From assembly GCA_037443365.1 (NCBI GenBank), contig JBBIOM010000006.1, forward strand, positions 8,642 to 72,641: 64,000 nucleotides of DNA, in the 5' to 3' direction. A model generated the notes under the pieces. That model saw only the letters and a list, made by a program, of their open reading frames with translations, had not been told where the DNA came from and ran no database searches. The translations under genes and the position numbers were made by a program. Numbering within the stretch: the stretch's first letter is position 1; the number at the start of each line of letters is the position of its first letter. Shown here piece by piece: positions 46,539-55,000 of the stretch. Source of the DNA: Armatimonadota bacterium (GTDB lineage Bacteria > Sysuimicrobiota > Sysuimicrobiia > Sysuimicrobiales > Humicultoraceae).

Positions 46539-47451
46539 CGCACTCCGCTTCCGGGAGTCCATTGACCGGCGTCTGCGCAATCGCGCTCGTGCGCTGCAGA
46601 TCAACGTGACTGCCGTGCGTCGGCAGGCCGCGCTGGAGCGGCTGCTCGCCCGCCTGTTGCAGGTTGCCCCGGACCGATGGGCCCTGAAGGGTGGAATGGC
46701 GCTGGACACCAGGCTGCAGCGTGCGCGCGCGTCACTCGACCTCGACGCGGATCACGCTCTCGGCGCCGAGAGCGCGCGAGCAGACATCCTGCAGGCGATC
46801 GCCCTCGACGTCGGCGATCACTTTGCGCTCTCGTTTGTGGGAAGTTCCAGGCTTCAAGAAGGCGGTATACAGCTCGCCATCCGCTACCGACTCGACGCCT
46901 ACCTCGCCGGTCGTCTGTTCGAGCACTTGCAGGTGGATGTCACGCTGCATCCGCCTGAGGTCTGGGAAACCGAGTTCAGGATGAGAGAAGGCCTAATCCC
47001 TGAGCTGGGTCCGCTCAATGTCCCGCTGATCCCGTTGGAGCGACAGGTGGCCGAGAAACTCCATGCCTACTCCAGAACGTACGCTGGTGGCCCCACGACG
47101 CGCGTCAAGGACCTCGTGGATTGCGTGTTGATCCGCTCCTTTGATTCCGCCGATGCCCAGCGGCTGCGAGCCGAGGTCGCGCGCACCTTCGCCGCACGAA
47201 ACACGCACGCAGTCCCGTCACGGTTGCCGCCTCCGCCGCCGGCGTTGCAGGCTTCCTTTCGCGCGCTTGCGGCAGAAGTTGGTATTGATCCCGATCTACA
47301 GGCCGGATACCGACTGGCCGCAGCCTGGCTCGACCCGGTCCTTTCGGGCGAGGCCCAGGGAAGGTGGGATCCGGGTGTCGGAGTGTGGAGTGAGAAGGTG
47401 GGTTCTCCCGCGAGACCCCCGAGGGCCACTGGAGACCCTGGTAGGGGCTAG
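46522..47451 (+). CDS. abiEii: Type IV TA toxin, AbiEii nucleotidyltransferase
   Basis: Motifs WALKGG, RASLDLD, AEKLHA, RVKDLVD. Confidence 0.9.
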   Translation: MPEPGDALRFRESIDRRLRNRARALQINVTAVRRQAALERLLARLLQVAPDRWALKGGMALDTRLQRARASLDLDADHALGAESARADILQAIALDVGDHFALSFVGSSRLQEGGIQLAIRYRLDAYLAGRLFEHLQVDVTLHPPEVWETEFRMREGLIPELGPLNVPLIPLERQVAEKLHAYSRTYAGGPTTRVKDLVDCVLIRSFDSADAQRLRAEVARTFAARNTHAVPSRLPPPPPALQASFRALAAEVGIDPDLQAGYRLAAAWLDPVLSGEAQGRWDPGVGVWSEKVGSPARPPRATGDPGRG

Positions 47452-47544
47452 TCGGCCCAACTCAGGCTGTAGCCCTGATCCGCCGCAGCGGCGAAACAGA
47501 TTCCGTTGAAGACCCCCTCCCGGCACCAAGCATCTGTTCGCCAT

Positions 47545-47756
47545 ATCCAGCCGCGCGGGCATAGCCTGCATGCATCCAGGATCCTGTACGCTTGCTCTAC
47601 TCGACCCGCAAGCCTGCCTTCCGCCTCCGGTACCGCATAGGCAGGCTGCCATGACTCTGAGCGGACTTGCTGCCTTGCTGGCCGCGCGCACGCCTGCAGC
47701 ATTGCAGACGCGCCAGCAAGGTACATGAGCCTTGCGAAGTCGCATCGGGTGACTAC
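47545..47756 (-). pseudogene. Truncated N-terminus of a PflX-like radical SAM protein
   Basis: WQPAY...GRLAGRVEQAYRILDACRLCPR, after which homology stops just before the att repeat. Confidence 0.5.
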
Positions 47757-47822
47757 CCTTGTGAGAGCAAACGGTTCCCCAGGCAGCTCGGGACTCGTGG
47801 TCAACGTGACCTCTCGGCGTTT

Positions 47823-47840
47823 TACGAACATATGTTCGTA
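47823..47840. promoter_or_regulatory. LexA (SOS) box-like perfect palindrome
   Basis: TACGAACATATGTTCGTA contains CGAAC-ATAT-GTTCG. Confidence 0.6.
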
Positions 47841-47884
47841 GCAGTGCCAGTTGCGGCTGGTCGGCTACACCATGTAAGATGGAG

Positions 47885-47905
47885 CTTGTCAGGTAACATG
47901 ACAAG
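47885..47905. promoter_or_regulatory. Putative FadR/GntR operator
   Basis: CTTGTCA-N7-TGACAAG upstream of the FadR-type gene. Confidence 0.55.
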
Positions 47906-47945
47906 TCAGTTCGTGGCAACGCGCACGCGGTGCGGGAGTCAAAGC

Positions 47946-48722
47946 ATGGGCCGAGGTACGAGCCGGACTCAATCTGCCTCTCCGCAAACCGGGTCGCTGA
48001 GCGGCGCCGGGGTTGCCAGGGAGACGCTCTCGCGCCAGACCGCCCAAGCGCTCATCGCAAGCATCTTGCTCGGCCACTTCAGGCCGGGTGATCCCCTTCC
48101 TTCGTCCGGCGATCTGGCCCGCAGGTTTGAGGTAAGCAGGCCGGTGATCCGCGAGGCCTTCAGGATCGTGGCTACTCTGGGGATGATCGAAACCCACCAG
48201 GGCCGTGTCAGCCGGGTGAGCGAGCCCACCGCATGGCGCGACCTCTCGCCCGAGATCCTGGCCGCACGGCTGGAGATCGGCGCGGACGACGGCATCCTGC
48301 GAGAGAGTCTCGAGCTGCGCAGGGTCGTCGAGACCGAGGCGGCCGCGCTGGCGGCGGAGCGCGCGACGGATGACGACATTGCGGCGATGCGGCAGCAACT
48401 CGACGCGCTCGATGGGGCGGGCGGCGACCCGCAGGCCTACGCGGTGCAGGATGTCGCGTTCCACGACGCGGTGCTGAGGGCCACCCACAACCGGCTCTTC
48501 CTCCAGCTCATCGACTCGATGCGCGAGCTGCTCATGTTCGTGCGCAGGGTCAGCATCACCGCGAGCGCCGACCGCATCCCGACCTCGCGTGAAGGGCATC
48601 GCGCGCTCTTTGAGGCGATCACGGCCCGATCGCCGGAGGCCGCGCGGAGAGCCATGGCCGATCATCTCGCCTGGGCCGAGCGGGTGAACGTCAGCGAGTA
48701 CCGGACCGCTCGCGCTCCGTGA
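47946..48722 (+). CDS. FadR/GntR family regulator (FCD domain)
   Basis: Motifs LARRFEVSRPVIREA, ELRRVVE, DVAFH, THNR. Start approximate. Confidence 0.9.
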   Translation: MGRGTSRTQSASPQTGSLSGAGVARETLSRQTAQALIASILLGHFRPGDPLPSSGDLARRFEVSRPVIREAFRIVATLGMIETHQGRVSRVSEPTAWRDLSPEILAARLEIGADDGILRESLELRRVVETEAAALAAERATDDDIAAMRQQLDALDGAGGDPQAYAVQDVAFHDAVLRATHNRLFLQLIDSMRELLMFVRRVSITASADRIPTSREGHRALFEAITARSPEAARRAMADHLAWAERVNVSEYRTARAP

Positions 48723-48982
48723 AGGGAGGCCTGCAGCGCTTGCGTCTGTCTTCGCAGGAAGGGGCACGTCGTCACGCCGCGGTCAGAGAGTTCCTTACGT
48801 ACTACTACGGATTGCGGGCTCTCGAGCGGATCCAGGCGGAGTGCGGATGGGATGATCGCGCGTTCACGGAGCTGGTCTTCTCATGCGGCAAGGTCTCGCT
48901 CGGGATCCTCCGGCGCCTGATCGCGTTGTCGGCAGCCGAGCGGGACGACCTGTTGCGGCGGTTCTCTGCTGTGCGCGAGTGA
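48719..48982 (+). CDS. Hypothetical protein (87 aa)
   Basis: Overlaps the regulator stop (GTGA) and ends 7 bp before the activase start. Confidence 0.5.
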   Translation: MKGGLQRLRLSSQEGARRHAAVREFLTYYYGLRALERIQAECGWDDRAFTELVFSCGKVSLGILRRLIALSAAERDDLLRRFSAVRE

Positions 48983-48989
48983 GGGTCCG

Positions 48990-49889
48990 ATGACCGGGAT
49001 CGTCTTCAACATCATGCGGTTCGCCGTGAACGACGGGCCCGGCATCCGGACGACCGTCTTCCTCAAAGGATGCCCGCTCCACTGCCTGTGGTGCCACAAT
49101 CCAGAGTCAATCTCTCGTCGGTCGGAGCTCTTCCTCCGCGCAGATCGATGCATCCGGTGCGGCGCTTGCTTGGAGGCGTGTCCGAACGCGGCCATCCGGC
49201 GCGAAGGCGGCATGTTCGTGACCGACCGCCAGTTGTGCCGGCGCTGCGGGCGCTGCGTCGAGGCCTGCTGGGCAGACGCCCGCGCGATCGTCGGCCGGGA
49301 GATGACCGCGGAGGAGGTTCTGGAGGAGGTCGGCCGCGACACCGTCTTCTATGATGAGTCCGGCGGGGGCGTTACCTTCTCAGGCGGAGAACCGCTGCTT
49401 CAGCACGAGTTCCTGTTGTCGGTCCTGCGCGGCTGCCGCTCTCGGGGCATTCACACCGTTGTTGACACGTCGGGCTACGCGGACACCGCGGTGCTCGACG
49501 CAGTAGCCGACGCCACGGACCTGTTCCTCTACGACCTGAAGCTTCTCGACGACGAGCGCCATTGCCGGTTCACGGGCGTCTCGAACCGGTTGGTTCTGGA
49601 GAACCTCCGCGCGTTGGCCGCGAGGAGCGTGCGCATCATTGTACGGGTTCCGTTGATGCCGGGGGTGAACGACGACGATGAGAACATCCGGGCGATCGGC
49701 GGGCTAGTGGCGTCGCTCGGCATCGGAGAGATAGATCTGCTTCCATACCACGAGACAGGCCTGGCGAAGTACGAACGGCTTGGCAGGGCCTGCGCGATGC
49801 GCGAGGTTGCACGGCCCTCACCTGCGCGACTTGAGGAGGTGGCCGCGCTGCTACGCCGGCGTGTGGCCACCGTGTCGGTTGGAGGATGA
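48990..49889 (+). CDS. Glycyl-radical enzyme activating protein (radical SAM with a ferredoxin insert)
   Basis: DGPGIRTTVFLKGCPLHCLWCHNPE, two CxxCxxCxxxC motifs, GGVTFSGGEP, LLPYH. Confidence 0.95.
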   Translation: MTGIVFNIMRFAVNDGPGIRTTVFLKGCPLHCLWCHNPESISRRSELFLRADRCIRCGACLEACPNAAIRREGGMFVTDRQLCRRCGRCVEACWADARAIVGREMTAEEVLEEVGRDTVFYDESGGGVTFSGGEPLLQHEFLLSVLRGCRSRGIHTVVDTSGYADTAVLDAVADATDLFLYDLKLLDDERHCRFTGVSNRLVLENLRALAARSVRIIVRVPLMPGVNDDDENIRAIGGLVASLGIGEIDLLPYHETGLAKYERLGRACAMREVARPSPARLEEVAALLRRRVATVSVGG

Positions 49890-49893
49890 CATC

Positions 49894-52257
49894 TTGACCG
49901 ATCGTGTCAGGAGACTACGCGAGCAGAGTCTCGGCGCGCCCCCGCATCTCTCGCCAGAGCGGGCGATCCTGGTGACGGAGTGCGCGAAGAACGCGGGGTT
50001 GTTCTCGGCTGCCATGCGTCGCGCGTTGACGTTTGGGACCATCATGGAGCGCAAGGTCATCTGCATCGGAGAAGACGAGCTGGTCGTCGGCGAACGGGGG
50101 CCTGCTCCCAAGGCCACGTACACCTACCCCGAGCTCTGCTGCCACAGCGAGCAGGACCTGGAGGTCCTCCACTCGCGGGAGAAGATCTCGTTCGGGGTCG
50201 ACGACGAGATGCGGCGAGTCTATCACAACACGGTCATCCCCTTCTGGCAGGGACGGACGATCCGCGACCGGATCTTCCAGGAGATGACCGACGAATGGAA
50301 GGCCTGCTACAGGGCGGGCGTCTTCACCGAGTTCATGGAGCAGCGGGCCCCAGGACACACGGCCCTGGACGACAAGATCTACCGCAAGGGAATGCTGGAC
50401 TTCAAGGCCGACATCGTTCGGAGCCTGCAGGCCCTGGACTTCCACGACGACCCCGAGGCCTTCGCGAAGAAGGAACAACTCGAGGCCATGGCCGTCTGCG
50501 CCGACGCGATCGTGACGCTTGCAGGCAGGCATGCCGAGACGGCCCTTGTGCTCGCGTCGCGTCAGACAGATCCTGCCCGGAGGGCTGAGCTTGAGGAGAT
50601 CGCGCGCATCTGCCGCAAAGTCCCCGCCCACGCCCCCGAGACTTTCTGGGAAGCGCTCCAGGCCTACTGGTTCGTCCATCTCGGCGTCATAACAGAGCTC
50701 AACCCATGGGACGCGTTCAACCCCGGGCGCCTCGATCAACATCTCTGGCCGTTCTATCAGAAGGGCCTGGCCGACGGCTCGCTCACCCGCGAGAAGGCCA
50801 AGGAACTCCTGGAGTGCTTCTGGATCAAGTTCAACAACCAGCTGGCGCCCCCCAAGGTCGGGGTTACGGCCGCCGAGAGCTCGACCTACACGGACTTCGC
50901 CAACATCAATGTCGGCGGCCTGCGGCCTGACGGGAGCGACGGGGTCAACGACGTCACGTATCTTGTCCTTGAAGTCATTGATGAGATGCGTCTGACCCAG
51001 CCGAGTTCAAACGTTCAGCTCAGCCGGAAGAGCCCCGACCAGCTGCTTGGGGCCGCCTGCCGGATCATCCGCAAGGGATGGGGGCAGCCCTCGATCTTCA
51101 ATGCGGACACGATCGTCGAGGAGCTCCTCCGCCAGGGCAAGACTGCCGAGGACGCCCGCTCAGGCGGGGCGAGCGGGTGCGTCGAGACCGGGGCGTTCGG
51201 CAAGGAGAGCTACATTCTGACCGGCTACTTCAACCTCCCCAAGGTGTTGGAGATCACCCTGCACAACGGCGTGGATCCACGGACAGGGGCGCGGATCGGC
51301 CTCGCCACAGGCGATCCCGCGGCCTTCTCCTCGTTCGCCGAGGTGATGGACGCGTTTCGACGGCAGCTCGCTCACTTCGTGGACATCAAGATACGCGGGA
51401 ACAACGTCATCGAGCGGCTGTACGCGGACTACATGCCGGTGCCTTTTCTCTCGATCCTGATCGACGACTGCATAGCCAAGGGCAAGGACTACAACAACGG
51501 CGGGGCGCGCTACAACACCAACTACATTCAGGGCGTCGGGATCGGGACGACCACTGACAGCCTGGCGGCCATTCGCTACCACGTCTTCGATAAGCAGGCC
51601 CTGACGCTGGCGGGCCTTCGTGGTGCCCTTGACGCCGACTTCGCCGGGTGGGAACGCATCCGCCAGGCTCTCCTGAACAAGACCCCGCGATACGGAAACG
51701 ACGACGACTACGCCGACGGGTTGATGCGGGAGGTGTTTGAGGCCTTCTACCGCGCCGTCGACGGCCGAAGGAACACCAAGGGCGGGCAGTACCACGTCAA
51801 CTTCCTTTCGACCACGTGCCACATGTACTTCGGTTCCGTGACAGGGGCCACCCCTGATGGACGCGTGTCGGGGACGCCGCTCTCCGAGGGGATTTCTCCG
51901 GTCCAGGGGGCCGATCGGAAGGGCCCTACCGCCGTCCTCCGCTCCGCCGGCAAGATAGACCACGTACGGACCGGCGGAGCCCTGCTCAACCAGAAGTTCT
52001 CGCCGCAGCTGCTTGAGGGCGATAAGGGCATAGAGAACCTCGCCTCCCTTGTGCGGTCCTACTTCGCACTGGGCGGCCACCACATCCAGTTCAACGTGAT
52101 CTCGGCCGATACGCTACGCGATGCACAGGCGCATCCCGAGCGGTACCGCGACCTGATCGTTCGGGTTGCCGGGTACAGCGACTACTTCTGCGACCTGAAC
52201 AAGGCGCTGCAGGATGAGATCATCGCGCGCACCGAGCACAAGGCGCGCGTCCGGTAG
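49894..52257 (+). CDS. hypD: Glycyl radical enzyme, trans-4-hydroxy-L-proline dehydratase
   Basis: Motifs YPELCCH, FTEFMEQRAPGHT, SSTYTDFAN, SGCVE, YILTGY, TTCH, RVAGYS. TTG start after GGAGG. Confidence 0.88.
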   Translation: MTDRVRRLREQSLGAPPHLSPERAILVTECAKNAGLFSAAMRRALTFGTIMERKVICIGEDELVVGERGPAPKATYTYPELCCHSEQDLEVLHSREKISFGVDDEMRRVYHNTVIPFWQGRTIRDRIFQEMTDEWKACYRAGVFTEFMEQRAPGHTALDDKIYRKGMLDFKADIVRSLQALDFHDDPEAFAKKEQLEAMAVCADAIVTLAGRHAETALVLASRQTDPARRAELEEIARICRKVPAHAPETFWEALQAYWFVHLGVITELNPWDAFNPGRLDQHLWPFYQKGLADGSLTREKAKELLECFWIKFNNQLAPPKVGVTAAESSTYTDFANINVGGLRPDGSDGVNDVTYLVLEVIDEMRLTQPSSNVQLSRKSPDQLLGAACRIIRKGWGQPSIFNADTIVEELLRQGKTAEDARSGGASGCVETGAFGKESYILTGYFNLPKVLEITLHNGVDPRTGARIGLATGDPAAFSSFAEVMDAFRRQLAHFVDIKIRGNNVIERLYADYMPVPFLSILIDDCIAKGKDYNNGGARYNTNYIQGVGIGTTTDSLAAIRYHVFDKQALTLAGLRGALDADFAGWERIRQALLNKTPRYGNDDDYADGLMREVFEAFYRAVDGRRNTKGGQYHVNFLSTTCHMYFGSVTGATPDGRVSGTPLSEGISPVQGADRKGPTAVLRSAGKIDHVRTGGALLNQKFSPQLLEGDKGIENLASLVRSYFALGGHHIQFNVISADTLRDAQAHPERYRDLIVRVAGYSDYFCDLNKALQDEIIARTEHKARVR

Positions 52258-52302
52258 GTTCAGGCAGGAGTGAGGCACACTAGGAGGGAGGGATCAGATC
52301 GC

Positions 52303-53862
52303 ATGCGCAGATTCCTGGTTGTGTTTTCCGCGATCGCATTGACCGGGGCGCTTGGCATGTCCGTCGCGGCTGCTCCGGCCGTGACCCCCACACGCGGCGG
52401 GACGCTTATCATCGCGTCCGGCGTGGACGCGGTGGCTCTCGACTCGACCATCGCGCCCGCCGCGCCGTGCTTCGCCATACTAGAGCACATAGTCGAGGGG
52501 CTCTTCGAGCTTACGCCCGCCGGCAGCATTCAACCCGGCCTGGTCGCCTCGTACACGGCTTCCCCAGACGGGCTCACGTGGACGCTGCGGCTCCGGCCGG
52601 GCATACGGTTTCACGACGGGACCCCGTTTGACGCCGAGGCTGTCAAGTTCAACCTCGAGCGGATGCTCGATCCCGCGACGCGGGCGCCGTTCCGGTTCCT
52701 GATCGACCGCATAACGAGCGTCACGGTGGTAGATCCCATGACCGTCAGGCTGGTCACCAATGCGCCGTTCGGACCGCTGCTGGCCCACCTGACCCACAGC
52801 GCGGTGGGGATGCAGAGCCCAACGGCCATACGCAGGCTGGGCGCCGACTACGCGCGACAGCCGGTGGGGACCGGTCCGTTCAGGTTCAAGGAATGGATCC
52901 GCGGCGACCGGGTGGTGGTCACGCGCAACGACGACTACTGGGGTGAGAAGGCATTTGTTGACGAGATACAGTTCCGCGTGGTCCCGGACGACGGAGCAAG
53001 GGTTGGGGCGCTCGAGGCCGGCACCGTTCACGTTGCCGTCCGTGTCCCCCCGCGCGAGATCGATCGCCTCAAGGGCCACCGCGATCTCAGTGTGCTGGTG
53101 TCAGAGAGCCTCCGCACGATATTCGTCGGGTTCAACGTCACCCGCCCGCCATTCAATGACCGGCGTCTCCGCCAGGCTCTGAACTACGCGGTCAACAAGC
53201 GCGCGATCGTCAGCAGCGTCTTGAACGGCACCGCCAGGGTTTCCGATGCGCCCATCCCTCCGAACGTCCAGGGGTACTCCAAGACCATGTCCTACGATTG
53301 GGACCTGGAGCGGGCCGAGGCGCTGCTGCGCGAGGCCGGGTATAGCCGGGCCCGGCCCTTGCGGGCCATCTTTCATCATCCGTCCGGACGCTATGTCCGC
53401 GATGCGGAGATCGCCGCCAGCATTCAGGGTCTCGTGCGCCGGGTGGGGGTCGAACTCGAGATGAGGACGATGGAGTGGGGCGCATATCTTGCCTTTACGG
53501 CCCGACCGCAGCCCGAGAACGAGGCCCAGATGTACATGATCGGCTGGGGCACGGTGACGGGCGACGCAGACTACGGGCTCTACGCCCTGTTCCACTCGTC
53601 GCAGTGGGCGCCCGCCTCCAACAATCGGGGCTTCTACAAGAACGAACGCGTGGATGCCCTGCTTGATCTCGGCCGGAGGACCCCTGACCAGGGCGAGCGC
53701 AACAAGATCTACGCCGAGGCCATGAAGATCATCATGGACGATGCGCCCTGGCTCTTCCTGCACAGCGAGTCGCAGGTCACCGGCATCCGGCACGTCGCGC
53801 AGGGCCTGGTAGTGCACCCTGCCGAGCGCGTTATGGCGCACAAGGCCTGGCTGCGCCGCTAG
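52303..53862 (+). CDS. Peptide ABC substrate-binding protein (family 5, GsiB/DppA-like), canonical order
   Basis: Signal peptide; motifs RGGTL, FHDGTPFDAEAVKFN, PVGTGPF, APWLFLH. Confidence 0.92.
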   Translation: MRRFLVVFSAIALTGALGMSVAAAPAVTPTRGGTLIIASGVDAVALDSTIAPAAPCFAILEHIVEGLFELTPAGSIQPGLVASYTASPDGLTWTLRLRPGIRFHDGTPFDAEAVKFNLERMLDPATRAPFRFLIDRITSVTVVDPMTVRLVTNAPFGPLLAHLTHSAVGMQSPTAIRRLGADYARQPVGTGPFRFKEWIRGDRVVVTRNDDYWGEKAFVDEIQFRVVPDDGARVGALEAGTVHVAVRVPPREIDRLKGHRDLSVLVSESLRTIFVGFNVTRPPFNDRRLRQALNYAVNKRAIVSSVLNGTARVSDAPIPPNVQGYSKTMSYDWDLERAEALLREAGYSRARPLRAIFHHPSGRYVRDAEIAASIQGLVRRVGVELEMRTMEWGAYLAFTARPQPENEAQMYMIGWGTVTGDADYGLYALFHSSQWAPASNNRGFYKNERVDALLDLGRRTPDQGERNKIYAEAMKIIMDDAPWLFLHSESQVTGIRHVAQGLVVHPAERVMAHKAWLRR

Positions 53863-53869
53863 GAGGCCG

Positions 53870-54985
53870 CTAGCAGGCCACGAACAGCGGTTCACCGAGG
53901 GCCCGGGTTTCGACTTCGACGCCGAGGCCCGGGCCCAAAGCAGGTCCGCCCCAGCCGTTCTGCGATCGCGGCTGGTATCCGGCGACGTGCTCCTGCGTCC
54001 AGTCGTTCATGAACGAGGCGGCAAAGAGCGCCTCCGGGCGCACGCTTGCCGCGAGGTGGCTGACCGCCGCCGTGACCAGGTCACCGCCCCAGGTATCCTC
54101 GATTGTCATCGACACCCCAAGCGCCTCGCAGAGATCGCGGATCAACCTGGCTTTGCCAAGCCCCCCAACCCTGCTGATCTTGAGGTTAATCCCTCCGGCG
54201 CCGCCCTGCTGCACGGCGGCCAGCAGCGACGGCACATCCGTGACGATCTCGTCGTAGATCATCGGCAGCGTGGTCGCCGCGCGGACGGCGGCGCACTCCT
54301 CCAGCGTGGGACAGGGTTGCTCCAGGTACACGCGCGGCAGCGGCTCGAGCAGGCGTGCGGCGACTACTGCATCCTGAATGCGCCAACCCCCGTTGGCGTC
54401 GGCGATGATGACGTCACTTTCATCGGAGACCTCGACGGCGCGCCGCACACGTTCGGCGTCCTCCAGGGGGTTGCCGCCGACCTTCAGCTGGAAGCGGTGT
54501 ATGCCCTCCCCCCGGCGCTTCATGATGCAGGCGGCCATCTCCTCGGGACTTCCCAGCGGGATCGCCACGTAGAGCGGGTACTGGCCCTGCCGCACCCCTC
54601 CCAGCAGTGTGGCCACCGGTTGCCCGCTGATCTTGCCCAGGATGTCCCAGCAGGCCACATCCACCGGGCTCTTGGCATAGGCGTGCCCGCGCAGCGCGCC
54701 GTCCATCCGCTCGTTGATCAGGGCCAGATTCCTGGGATCGACGCCGACGAGCGCCGGCGCCAATTCGCGCAGCGCAGCCCGGGCCCCTTCTGCAAAGCCT
54801 TCCAGGTAGGTCTGGCCCAGCGGACAGACCTCGCCCCAGCCGGTCGTGCCCTGGTCGGTCGTCACCTTCACCACGGTCGAGGGCAGAGCCCGCACGACGC
54901 GCCCTCCGGACATCACGTAGTCGCCGTGGACGTAGTTCAGGTCGTAGCCGTAGACTTCGACACGCGTGATCCGCAACGATCCCAC
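53870..54985 (-). CDS. Enolase superfamily enzyme, similar to cis-3-hydroxy-L-proline dehydratase / hydroxyproline-betaine epimerase
   Basis: Motifs GWGEVCPLG, QLKVG, DANGGW, EQP, DE, LKISRVGGL, IEDTWGGD. Confidence 0.8.
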   Translation of the reverse strand: MGSLRITRVEVYGYDLNYVHGDYVMSGGRVVRALPSTVVKVTTDQGTTGWGEVCPLGQTYLEGFAEGARAALRELAPALVGVDPRNLALINERMDGALRGHAYAKSPVDVACWDILGKISGQPVATLLGGVRQGQYPLYVAIPLGSPEEMAACIMKRRGEGIHRFQLKVGGNPLEDAERVRRAVEVSDESDVIIADANGGWRIQDAVVAARLLEPLPRVYLEQPCPTLEECAAVRAATTLPMIYDEIVTDVPSLLAAVQQGGAGGINLKISRVGGLGKARLIRDLCEALGVSMTIEDTWGGDLVTAAVSHLAASVRPEALFAASFMNDWTQEHVAGYQPRSQNGWGGPALGPGLGVEVETRALGEPLFVAC

Positions 54986-55000
54986 CTCCTGCCGCCGTGC

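Larger units (their letters stand above)
45323..47528. mobile_element. tRNA-integrated islet (about 2.2 kb) carrying an AbiE TA system, no integrase
   Basis: Exact 16-bp direct repeat CCCCCTCCCGGCACCA at 45323-45338 (tRNA 3' end) and 47513-47528. Confidence 0.75.
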
